Shown: positions 11,998 to 21,165 of the stretch, in pieces
How positions within the stretch are numbered: position 1 is the stretch's first letter
How the letters are laid out: every line of letters starts with the position of its first letter
IMG/VR virus record: IMGVR_UViG_3300009034_000001
Location: 1-64,000 of that record
Strand: one strand, 5' to 3'
DNA: 64,000 nucleotides
Program-made: the position numbers and the translations under genes
Notes under the pieces: model-generated
The model's database searches: none
The model's input: the letters and a program-made list of their open reading frames with translations, nothing else
What the model was told of the DNA's origin: nothing

Positions 11998-12747
11998 CTA
12001 ATCATGACCAACAGCCTCCTTTAGATCTATACTTAGTCTATCCATGGTTACAAAGTACTCTCTTAAACAGTTGCCACAATGCCGACAGGCTGTTGTACCT
12101 AGTGCACCTTCCATCTTACCACATGAGTAAACCCATTTATTAAACTTATATCTCGACATCACACGTTCCCATGCCTTGGTTGTAATTGCCCAATAAGAAT
12201 TTAAAGTACGTTTACGGAATGTATAATTCCTTTTATGCCTAGCAGGAATAGTTTGAGTAAAGTAAGCCATAAAGGTAAGTATAATAGGTACTCCTAATAT
12301 GCCGTAGTAGCTTACTACCATGTCAACTAAATGTAAATTCCAAGTATTAGTTCTTACTCTAACAAACATTAAGTTCTTTGGAGGAACAACATAGTAAGCT
12401 TCACTATCGGTCATCTCCCCCGGGTTAACTGTAAGAACTACAGGTGCATCAAACTTGTCAAGGAAAAGAGGGATTGCAGTATTGTAGAATTTTTGAGGAA
12501 AGTGTGAAACATCCTTCATTACAAGATGCATATTAACAGAACTATCATTGCCATCATTCACTCTAACGACTCTATGTCCTACTTGTTCTAATGTTGGCAT
12601 GTTAGGTAAGTTTTCTGTAAGTGGTTCAAGGTAAGATCGTCCTGACTGAAAGAAACAATCTTCACACTTATTTGGACATGTTCCCTTTTGAGGAATACAA
12701 CAAATAATTCCACTGTCTACAGTCTTTGGATTCACTTTATAAGCCAT
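11998..12747 (-). CDS. Radical-SAM-like Fe-S protein
   Basis: CPNKCEDC (CxxxCxxC) near the N-terminus; second Cys cluster SC...CRHCGNC. Confidence 0.6.
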   Translation of the reverse strand: MAYKVNPKTVDSGIICCIPQKGTCPNKCEDCFFQSGRSYLEPLTENLPNMPTLEQVGHRVVRVNDGNDSSVNMHLVMKDVSHFPQKFYNTAIPLFLDKFDAPVVLTVNPGEMTDSEAYYVVPPKNLMFVRVRTNTWNLHLVDMVVSYYGILGVPIILTFMAYFTQTIPARHKRNYTFRKRTLNSYWAITTKAWERVMSRYKFNKWVYSCGKMEGALGTTACRHCGNCLREYFVTMDRLSIDLKEAVGHD

Positions 12748-12752
12748 AGTTC

Positions 12753-13166
12753 TTAATACCTCCTCTTCTTACAACCTTTACACGGCTTCTTTTTCTGAGC
12801 GTCAACTGCGGAAACATCCTCAATCAGATCTTGTTTTTCTAGTTCCTGTATGGATTCCTGCCCATGGTTAAAAACATTAACAGTAGTAGACGCTTTTCTT
12901 ATGCCTTCTACTACAGCTGATGTTATTAACTCACAAAGTTCTTCCTTTCCACATGCAAACTTATACTCAAACGTTCGACCCCCTGAAACATTGTAAGGCT
13001 TACTTGTAGGCGGTTGAGGCCGCGGATAATATTTTTGTAAATCACATTTGCTACAAGCTTGGGTTTGTAAACAACATTGTCTTCGAAAGTATCCTAGCAA
13101 CTTAGGTCTACTTTCCGAAAGACAGCTACCACTAACACCAAGATAGATACAGTTAATTCTTCTCAT
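12753..13166 (-). CDS. Hypothetical Cys-rich protein
   Basis: 137-aa ORF with several CxxC motifs. Confidence 0.6.
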   Translation of the reverse strand: MRRINCIYLGVSGSCLSESRPKLLGYFRRQCCLQTQACSKCDLQKYYPRPQPPTSKPYNVSGGRTFEYKFACGKEELCELITSAVVEGIRKASTTVNVFNHGQESIQELEKQDLIEDVSAVDAQKKKPCKGCKKRRY

Positions 13167-13468
13167 CGATATTCACCCCCGTTGGATTTCTGTCAATTAC
13201 TTTACTTACTACAACGGTCCTTCCAACATTTTCAAGTGGCATTAGAGGTAAGTTTATCAACAGGTTATCCTTATCTTCATCAATTACAATTACCTGTATG
13301 GCGTCTTCAAAACTCTTCGGTCCCCTACGGATCAACTTGGAGTACCGAGGAACGAAAAATGAAACCATACCATCATTTACGGTTGATATGGAAACGGCGT
13401 ACTCCTCTGGAAACTGACCGGAAGTAATTACACACCCTATCCAACTTTTTCTCATACAAAAAAACCTC

Positions 13469-13864
13469 CTAAGCGGGGGGACCGGAACTGTTGATACCCT
13501 CGAACGTATTGGATACTTTAAAGTTTGATCTTTCACCAATTCCAGGTTTAGACTCAAAAACTGACCTGACTTTCTTAACGACGGATCGGAACGCACATTT
13601 GCCAAGTGGAAGGAGTAACAACAACATAGTTACGCCTGTTATTATCATGAAGTATTCAAGATACAACATGGTATAATAAACCTCCGCATGAGCATACACA
13701 TAATCCGCGCCCGGATAAAACTTTGGAAGGTTCCAAAACCATGCTCCCCACTGAGATGCAGATACCCTTGCACCTGTAATGCCATAATGACAAAAGGGCG
13801 GGAAAATAGTGGCAGCAAAAAGTGGCGCTAAGTAAGCTAAAATAGCTAGTATTAATTTCTTCAC
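13469..13864 (-). CDS. Membrane protein
   Basis: Two hydrophobic segments; GGAGGTGA RBS. Confidence 0.65.
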   Translation of the reverse strand: MKKLILAILAYLAPLFAATIFPPFCHYGITGARVSASQWGAWFWNLPKFYPGADYVYAHAEVYYTMLYLEYFMIITGVTMLLLLLPLGKCAFRSVVKKVRSVFESKPGIGERSNFKVSNTFEGINSSGPPA

Positions 13865-14677
13865 TTCATCACCTCCTAAACAATTCCTTTATACCCTTCA
13901 GTAGCAAAGTACTTATGTTTAACTTTCCAAATTGCTTTAACTAGTTCATCACACGCAGGCTTGTTGGGACAGCCTTTACAGAAGTCGGGTGCCTTGCCAA
14001 TGTAAAATTCTCCGGCCAAGCACTTCAACAACTTCTTAAGCTTAGTGCTCTGACTTGGCCTACGGGGCTTAAGAACTCTCTCAGCCGTCATACAAGCTTC
14101 TTCACATTCTTCAATTAGTTGCTCATCTAATAGCTCATCCATCACTTAATAGCCTTTTCCTTAATTAATTGAGTTGCCATCGTCAATCATGGTTCCAACC
14201 TTCGAATGTGATCGGCAACGATATCAGCTAACTCATCAAACGAGATGCCAAAGTGTACAGTCAAATCCTTAAAGGTCATCTCAAGACTATGAATGTGACC
14301 ACATAGAACTTCGCCAAAATCGAAACTCCTACAGCCAATAACAGGTATTAAACAATTTCCATGTTCTTTTACAATTCTTTTTCTAAGTTTATCAACTCGT
14401 TTCATGTTTGATATCAGTTACATGCAACAAGGCATCACAGTAGATTTTCTGCAACCTTATTTTAATTGGACAACCTTTCAAGTGTGTGTTGAAGTGAATG
14501 CAACACTTCAAAGTTTCAAGTGAATCAATGGTACGCCTTCCTTCATAAACACTACAATTAAAGATTCTTCCAGCACCAATATGTGCTAAACATGTTGCAC
14601 GCCCATGATCGTCTTGATATGTACCTGGCAATTCACAATACCAACAGAATGCAGCTGCTATTTTGTTATCCATATAT

Positions 14678-15049
14678 TTACTCCTCCTTAGCATGCAGCC
14701 TTAACAATATATTTAAAAATTTAACGCCTTTAGCAAAGGAATAAGTGACAATATTACTTATTTCTTCAGCAAACTTGAGGTACTTATCATCCTTTTCATT
14801 AACGAAAATGATGAATTTTCCTTTAGCCTCCGCTCGGCTAATTTCAATACAAAGGCCATAGCCACCTGGATTTGACTTTTCCAAGTATGCAAATAAGATG
14901 TCACATTCATCAACACCCTTTAAATCCTTCCTGAAAAAATTACCTGATTGCCATGACCGAGGATCCAGAAAAATACAACCGGGAACAGCTGTCATAACAA
15001 CATCTTGCCAATTTGAATGTAACCCGCCCGACAAGAAAACCTTTTTCAT
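14678..15049 (-). CDS. Nucleoside 2-deoxyribosyltransferase/hydrolase-like protein
   Basis: VFLSGG, DL..VDECD.LFA, G...E...A...GK motifs. Confidence 0.8.
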   Translation of the reverse strand: MKKVFLSGGLHSNWQDVVMTAVPGCIFLDPRSWQSGNFFRKDLKGVDECDILFAYLEKSNPGGYGLCIEISRAEAKGKFIIFVNEKDDKYLKFAEEISNIVTYSFAKGVKFLNILLRLHAKEE

Positions 15050-15509
15050 TTGTAACCTCCCATACGTAGATTAGTCTGACCTTCCGGCTTGGTTCAATGA
15101 TTCTCCAATATAGGTAATTCCCAATAAATTAGCGGCCAAAGCTACGGTTAGACTCCAAAACTGCCAACTACCCATACTCATAGTTCCCCACACGGTAGCA
15201 ACAAGAACAGTAGACACGACAGTCAGCATTAAAGTTCCTGTGTTCATATCAAACCTCCTCATTAAATAGACAAAATTTGATCCCAAAAACTATCGGACTT
15301 TTCTCCAAGTAACTTTTGGACTTTCTCACAGATCTCTAAGATATACTCCTTTGGTACATCTTCCCCCCTAAGCATTTTCCACAGCATTAGGTCACCTCTT
15401 AATACCTTTGATGCTCTTAGGTCATCCGGATCTCCCGAACGTTCTGCCTTTGCAATAAACATTAAGAGCTGCTGACTTAACTGTACTCTAATTTTATATG
15501 GAATTTCCA

Positions 15510-15827
15510 TTACCTTTTCTCCTCCTTAACCCCTTGTAGTATATATTTGAGAATCGATGTGTCACACGTCTTTTCTTTATAATATACATCTGAAGTCTCT
15601 TTATCTAAAATAAGAAGTGTGCGTCCATCTTGCAACATTATATCTCCCTCCTGTACAAAGTGACCACAGCAAGAACCCCGCATGTCAATTCCAGATTTCT
15701 GCAAAGCACAAACAATATCTGCAATACAACTATCTACCTTTGCGTCCTTCCAACGGTCCTTACCGGTACATGACAAATCGGCTGGCACCTTAACTCTTAC
15801 CGGTTTTATAGTTCCACACTTACACAT
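15510..15827 (-). CDS. SCxGH-motif protein, copy 3
   Basis: VDSCIADIVCALQKSGIDMRGSCCGH..GDIMLQDGRTL; clear paralog of 8999..9292. Confidence 0.65.
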   Translation of the reverse strand: MCKCGTIKPVRVKVPADLSCTGKDRWKDAKVDSCIADIVCALQKSGIDMRGSCCGHFVQEGDIMLQDGRTLLILDKETSDVYYKEKTCDTSILKYILQGVKEEKR

Positions 15828-16687
15828 GGCTACTCTAACCTCCTGGGGGTCACTTTCCTGGTTATTGAATCAAAGGTCATTTCATACTCCGGGATCGGAC
15901 CGGAACCATTGTATTCCTCAAATTTGTTCCAGGTTGCAATATAAAACAACAAATCGTTCGGAAAACAAAAATGTAAAAATCTTTCAATAACTGAAATGCC
16001 ATTTTCCTCCAATATCTTTTCAAGTTCGTTGCCGCTTCCGTGAGTCAGAAAACACATGGAAACCTTAAATTTGCCAATTTTCATTTTACAACTCCTCTTT
16101 AGCTCTTCTCACGTTTGAGCAAATACTGTAACTTTGCAATACGTTTGAGCATACTGGTGAATTCTCTAATTACTTCCGGATAGTGCGTTATGAGTTCTGA
16201 AGCAATTCGACGTGCTTCACAAACGTTCTTGACATGATCAAGTGACAAGGATTGTTCCTTGCTCGCCTTGAACCTTGCTAGTGTACAGGCAATAATTTTA
16301 ATCAAAATTGGCTGATCTGACCAAAGTTCCGCATGATTTTTGTTAAGCACAATGGTGACACCTCTCTTCAACTTTTGTACAAATAGGCTTTCCTAGTACA
16401 GAAACAATGCTTTGAACATGAATAATAAATTTCCGTATCGGCAAAAAAGCTGTAAACGCCGCCTCGCCAGTTGAGTTTCCGCTTTAACACGGGACTACAA
16501 TACGCATAGCATTCATTAAGACAACAAAAGCACCATTTTTCCCATCGCCAGTGGAAGTTTTTTCCTATACACTGCTTAAATAAAGTTGGAAAGTACTTCC
16601 GTAAAACTCGTTGCCATTTTGGTGTGTAGCCACTACAACCCATATGTTTACCTCCTTATTAACACTCTGAGACTTAAGACTTAACCA

Positions 16688-16939
16688 TTAATCAATACAA
16701 ACAATACGACGACGTGATTCTTCAGCTTCCCTAACGCTTTCATTATGTTTATGATGTTCATACATCCGATTAGTATGATCTTTTTCTTCCTTAAGTAAGT
16801 GTTTAAGTGCGCTTATTCTCTGTTCAAGTTGTAAACATCGTTTATCTTTTTCTTCCTTAAGTAAGTGTTTAAGTTCTCTTATTCTCTGTTCAAGCTTTAA
16901 ACAACGTTTACAATTACTGTCTTTCATATCCATTACCAC
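16688..16939 (-). CDS. Coiled-coil protein with a 22-aa (66-bp) tandem duplication
   Basis: KRCLxLEQRIxxLKHLLKEEKD occurs twice. Confidence 0.7.
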   Translation of the reverse strand: MVMDMKDSNCKRCLKLEQRIRELKHLLKEEKDKRCLQLEQRISALKHLLKEEKDHTNRMYEHHKHNESVREAEESRRRIVCID

Positions 16940-18168
16940 CTTTCTAATAAGTAAGACTTTTCTTTCTCAAAGATTAAACATTCATCTTCAACAAACTCTT
17001 CCACCTGCTGAACTGACATACGACAAGTAGCATTAACGAAATGTAAGGTTTTTCCTAAGTACAACGGAATGAGCGAATTAGTAATATCTGTACGACTCAT
17101 TAAGTCTTTCTTGTAAGCAATGGCAAAATCAAACAATATTTTTGCCCACAAGGTTGTTGGGAAATTAAAACGCTTAAGAAGCCCCTTTATCTTTAATAAC
17201 TCATTATAATTGTTGGAATCAATCACCGTCGACCAAGTGTTCTCGAAATCGGCAAACCCTTGAACAAACTTCTTGAGTAAAATTTCCTTATCTACCTTCA
17301 CAACAGGGGGCCGTTCAATTTGGCCAAGTCCAAAACCAAAGATGGGCGTTGGCTTACTGGATTTAACCTGTTTCCAAACGTCCTCAAAGTGAGTCATTAA
17401 ATTAAAAAGCGTTCCTACCACCTCTTGGAACATAGCGCCTAAATGCAAGCCTGGATCCTTTGTATTATGAATCTTTGGTCTGCCTAAGAAAGTTTGACAA
17501 ACTTTTGCCCCTTTGTTAATAGCTAATGTGGTCATCCAAATATCAATTCCAAACTTTGAAACTCTTTCATTCCAACATCCCACCGAATGATCATCCAATC
17601 GGCACTCATTTACAAAGGCTTTAACAAGGTTCCCTGAGAAACCGAAGTCGCCAGCAATAGGTTGTCTGACTCTCATTCCATATAACATTCGAGTTAACGG
17701 ATAAGCAAGGTTATTTGTAATTGTGCCATCATACTTATGTCTAACATAAATTGGTATAACATAATCAAAACCGGAAAATAGTGGTCCACCTAAGTATTGT
17801 ATCCACCTGGGCATAATGCTCATTAGATCTGCATCAATCACAATTACAGCCTTAGCCTGTAACATATGTGCTTGAAAAAATAAGTTCTTCAGATTTATTC
17901 CTTTACCTTTAACCCCGGACTTTGTTGATAGATAAATCTTGGGGGTCTTTGTAGCTACTTTCAAGAACACGTCCTTAGTATTATCAAGCGAACAGTTATC
18001 ACAGTTAATAATAACAGCAGATTTGTCACCAAAGAATCTAACTAGGCCATCATCCACTCGTTTGGTTGGAAACCCTATTTTGTCAGCCTCATTAAATGAA
18101 GGTATGCCAACAACCAACTCAGCACATTCAATACCACTTGGATTTTCAATGTAATCCATATCATTCAT
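16933..18168 (-). CDS. GT-A glycosyltransferase, glucosylglycerate/mannosylglycerate synthase-like
   Basis: VVGIPSFNE, GKG, DAD, P.YVRHKYDGTITN, RQPIAGDF, FGIDIWMTT. Confidence 0.8.
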   Translation of the reverse strand: MNDMDYIENPSGIECAELVVGIPSFNEADKIGFPTKRVDDGLVRFFGDKSAVIINCDNCSLDNTKDVFLKVATKTPKIYLSTKSGVKGKGINLKNLFFQAHMLQAKAVIVIDADLMSIMPRWIQYLGGPLFSGFDYVIPIYVRHKYDGTITNNLAYPLTRMLYGMRVRQPIAGDFGFSGNLVKAFVNECRLDDHSVGCWNERVSKFGIDIWMTTLAINKGAKVCQTFLGRPKIHNTKDPGLHLGAMFQEVVGTLFNLMTHFEDVWKQVKSSKPTPIFGFGLGQIERPPVVKVDKEILLKKFVQGFADFENTWSTVIDSNNYNELLKIKGLLKRFNFPTTLWAKILFDFAIAYKKDLMSRTDITNSLIPLYLGKTLHFVNATCRMSVQQVEEFVEDECLIFEKEKSYLLERW

Positions 18169-18908
18169 GTCAGTTCACCTCAACTTAAAGGAACCATTTA
18201 ATAAATTTAACCGCATAGTAAAAAATACAGCAACAGGTTACAAAAGCGGCAGAAAGAAGACAAACAAACTTAAAGACCAATCGTGGATCCGATTTACATA
18301 ACTCTTTATATCTTCTTTCCTCCTCAGACTTTTTCACTTCCTATGGTACCTTCCAAACGCTTGTGTCAATACAATGTGCACCATACTCAATCAAGTTCAT
18401 TACAAAAATTTGACATAGCCAACTATCGTCACAATGTTTACACTTCTCTAAGCCAATTAAATCTTCCGATTCTATCATATATTTGACGCACTCAGTAAAG
18501 CAATCTTTTTTTTCCAAAAACGACTCCAGGCCTTGCTTCAAACAATATCTTCTAAATTCCTTACCTTCCATATGTCACACACCCCCGTCTGACAAAGTGA
18601 AATGACCTACCAGCCATGAAATTCCTCCAAAGGGTTGTCACGTTTAAACTCTTTCCCTTTGGTATGAGACTTTTTCTTAAGCACTACTAAGATACAATAA
18701 TTGATACTACCACAAGATAACATACATCTGTCGAAACGTAAAGCCACAATATTCCAATCACTTTTTAATTTAGCCAATTCAGACGCTGCAATACCCGGTA
18801 CTGTAGATTCAATTATACGTATATCATCAAAAGCAAAACCGTCACTGGACATAAAGAACCCCCTGATTATACTAATATGCAAATAAAAAAACTTGACTGA
18901 ATAGACAA

Positions 18909-19862
18909 TTAACCTACGGGTTTGAATCGTTGGTGCTCTAATGCTTCCTCTAATTCATTTTGAAACACAACAGACGTCATACCTTTCAATACCGCCAAAC
19001 TACCAGCCACAACTGCAATCTTAGTGGCATCACTTAAACTCTTTCCTGAGCCAATACTCAAAGCTAATGCAGCAACAACAACATCACCTGCGCCACAAAC
19101 GTTTGTAACCTCACTTGTAATAGATGGAAAATGTTTCGGATTGAAATTTGATTTCTCATGTAGATACAAACCATCCGCATTTGCCTTGACAATAACAGCA
19201 TCTAAACCCAACATTTCAATCAGAGCTTTCGGATTTGAAAACCCTTCAGAACAGGCAACAGTCAACTCTTTCCGATTCGGTGTCAACAAGTTAGCATTGG
19301 CATATTTGCTAAACTCAACTTTAGGGTCCACAATTACAAAATTGTTATTTCGTCTTGCACGCGTTGATGTATTAAAGCAGACATCTCTTGTGACTACGCC
19401 TTTGGCATAATCCGACACAACTACAATACCATCATTTATCATGTAATCCTCAACGCGTTGCAACATTTGTTCCTCTTCCGCTTCGGTCAGTACGCCGGGA
19501 CTCTCTTGATCAACACGGAGCAGTTGTTGCTGACGTGCTACAAATCTTAACTTACGGGTGGTCTTTCTGGTTGGACTGATAACACATCGGTCTACAATTT
19601 CACCATCATTTAGTAAACCTTTTAAAAGTTCTCCGTCGTCATCCGGACCCCTTAATCCAATCAGTTCAACTGACTCCGCACCAAGAGATATTAAATTTGC
19701 AGCAACATTTGCAGCTCCACCTAACATATAAAGTTGTGACTTTTCCCGGAAGACGGGCACCGGCGCTTCGGGAGAAATTCGATTCACTAATCCAAACGCC
19801 CAATGATCCAACATACAATCTCCAAGACACAACACTTTAATATTTTTCCTAAACAAACTCAT
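18909..19862 (-). CDS. rfaE1: D-glycero-D-manno-heptose 7-phosphate kinase (HldE N-terminal, PfkB family)
   Basis: GD.MLD, RISPEAPVPV, GGAANVA, QQLLRVD.E, SDYAKG, VDPK, TPN..E, GAGD. Confidence 0.92.
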   Translation of the reverse strand: MSLFRKNIKVLCLGDCMLDHWAFGLVNRISPEAPVPVFREKSQLYMLGGAANVAANLISLGAESVELIGLRGPDDDGELLKGLLNDGEIVDRCVISPTRKTTRKLRFVARQQQLLRVDQESPGVLTEAEEEQMLQRVEDYMINDGIVVVSDYAKGVVTRDVCFNTSTRARRNNNFVIVDPKVEFSKYANANLLTPNRKELTVACSEGFSNPKALIEMLGLDAVIVKANADGLYLHEKSNFNPKHFPSITSEVTNVCGAGDVVVAALALSIGSGKSLSDATKIAVVAGSLAVLKGMTSVVFQNELEEALEHQRFKPVG

Positions 19863-19876
19863 AACTTATACCTCCC

Positions 19877-20506
19877 TTATCCTCTATAACCAAGTTTCTT
19901 TAACGTTTTCCAACTCTTACGCACAAAGTAGGGTAAAGGCTTACCCATGTTTATTTGATCCTGTAGCCACGTCCTAGTCAATGGACTGGAAGGATAACCA
20001 GAGCCAAAGTCACCATAACGTTTATGTAGGTTTTCAACAATTGAATCGCGCGTTGTCTTTGCAAGGATAGAAGCGGCAGAAACAACAGGATACGTGTTAT
20101 CAGCGTTACTTTCAGCAACAATTTCCACATCAATATCAGACGGAAATAAAGATTCAAGCACGATCTTAAACCTTTTCGGATTGCCAGGAGCATCGATAAA
20201 GACTTTATCGGGTCTTAAAAAATAAATTATGCTTGACATAATCTGGGCTTCAAGTAAGTCCAACTGATGTTGTCTTACGAAATTATCAATCACAACAGGC
20301 CACACTGGTAGTATAATACTACCATCAGCAATCAATTCAATTTCTCCCCGCAAACTAGTTCTTCGTTTACGTGATAGTCGTTTTGAATCCCGGACGCCAA
20401 GTTTAACTAACTTTGATTCATCTTTAATATTTAAAAATACTCCAGACACGACTAACGGACCCAATACTGGACCACGTCCCGCTTCATCAATACCGCATAT
20501 AATCAT
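19877..20506 (-). CDS. rnhB: Ribonuclease HII, archaeal/eukaryal-like
   Basis: GIDEAGRGPVLGP, GVRDSK.L, IDA, VSAASILAK, GDFGSGYPS. Confidence 0.93.
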   Translation of the reverse strand: MIICGIDEAGRGPVLGPLVVSGVFLNIKDESKLVKLGVRDSKRLSRKRRTSLRGEIELIADGSIILPVWPVVIDNFVRQHQLDLLEAQIMSSIIYFLRPDKVFIDAPGNPKRFKIVLESLFPSDIDVEIVAESNADNTYPVVSAASILAKTTRDSIVENLHKRYGDFGSGYPSSPLTRTWLQDQINMGKPLPYFVRKSWKTLKKLGYRG

Positions 20507-20856
20507 TTTTGGTGTCCTTTCTTGTACCTATCAGGTACTTTTCTTTCAGAAATGCCCCGATTAATTTTTGCACAAAAGTTATTATAAGTATCCTTATAAA
20601 CCCACGCGTCATCAAATCCATACATTTCTAAGAAAGATTTCACCTTATTGTAGTTTGAACACATTACCTTCCAGAAAAATTGAACATGTTTGGGAGGTAC
20701 TTTGTCAAACCAGGCATAAATACTTAAGTTACCTTGTGAAGCAAACCGGACGGAATCTTCAAATTGAGCAAACTTAAAATACTTTACTTTTGCCCATTTA
20801 GAACATTTACTATCTGGTTTAGTTGTAATAATGTTTGAATCTTCTTTATCAGTCAT
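20503..20856 (-). CDS. Hypothetical protein
   Basis: ATGA overlap with rnhB. Confidence 0.65.
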   Translation of the reverse strand: MTDKEDSNIITTKPDSKCSKWAKVKYFKFAQFEDSVRFASQGNLSIYAWFDKVPPKHVQFFWKVMCSNYNKVKSFLEMYGFDDAWVYKDTYNNFCAKINRGISERKVPDRYKKGHQK

Positions 20857-21165
20857 AAAATTAACCTTATAATTTCAGGGACTTCAAACTTGGAAAGTTT
20901 ATACACTTAGCCCCTACCCGTCACTTGCCTATTTGGTAAACCGGGTGACAAGACCGAAATAAGACGTTTCTGGAAGTACAACACTGATAACAACACAGAA
21001 ATTATCATGTCGTCTTTGTCAAAATCCTGCCCACCTGAACAAACATGCTGCATAGCTTCCTCATATTCAGCATTCATTAATCTCCCACATCGCCAGCATC
21101 TAACCTTCTGTGTTGAAAAGCTTTTGGGTGCCATAAACTTATCCTCCTTATGTGCAAACCTTTTT

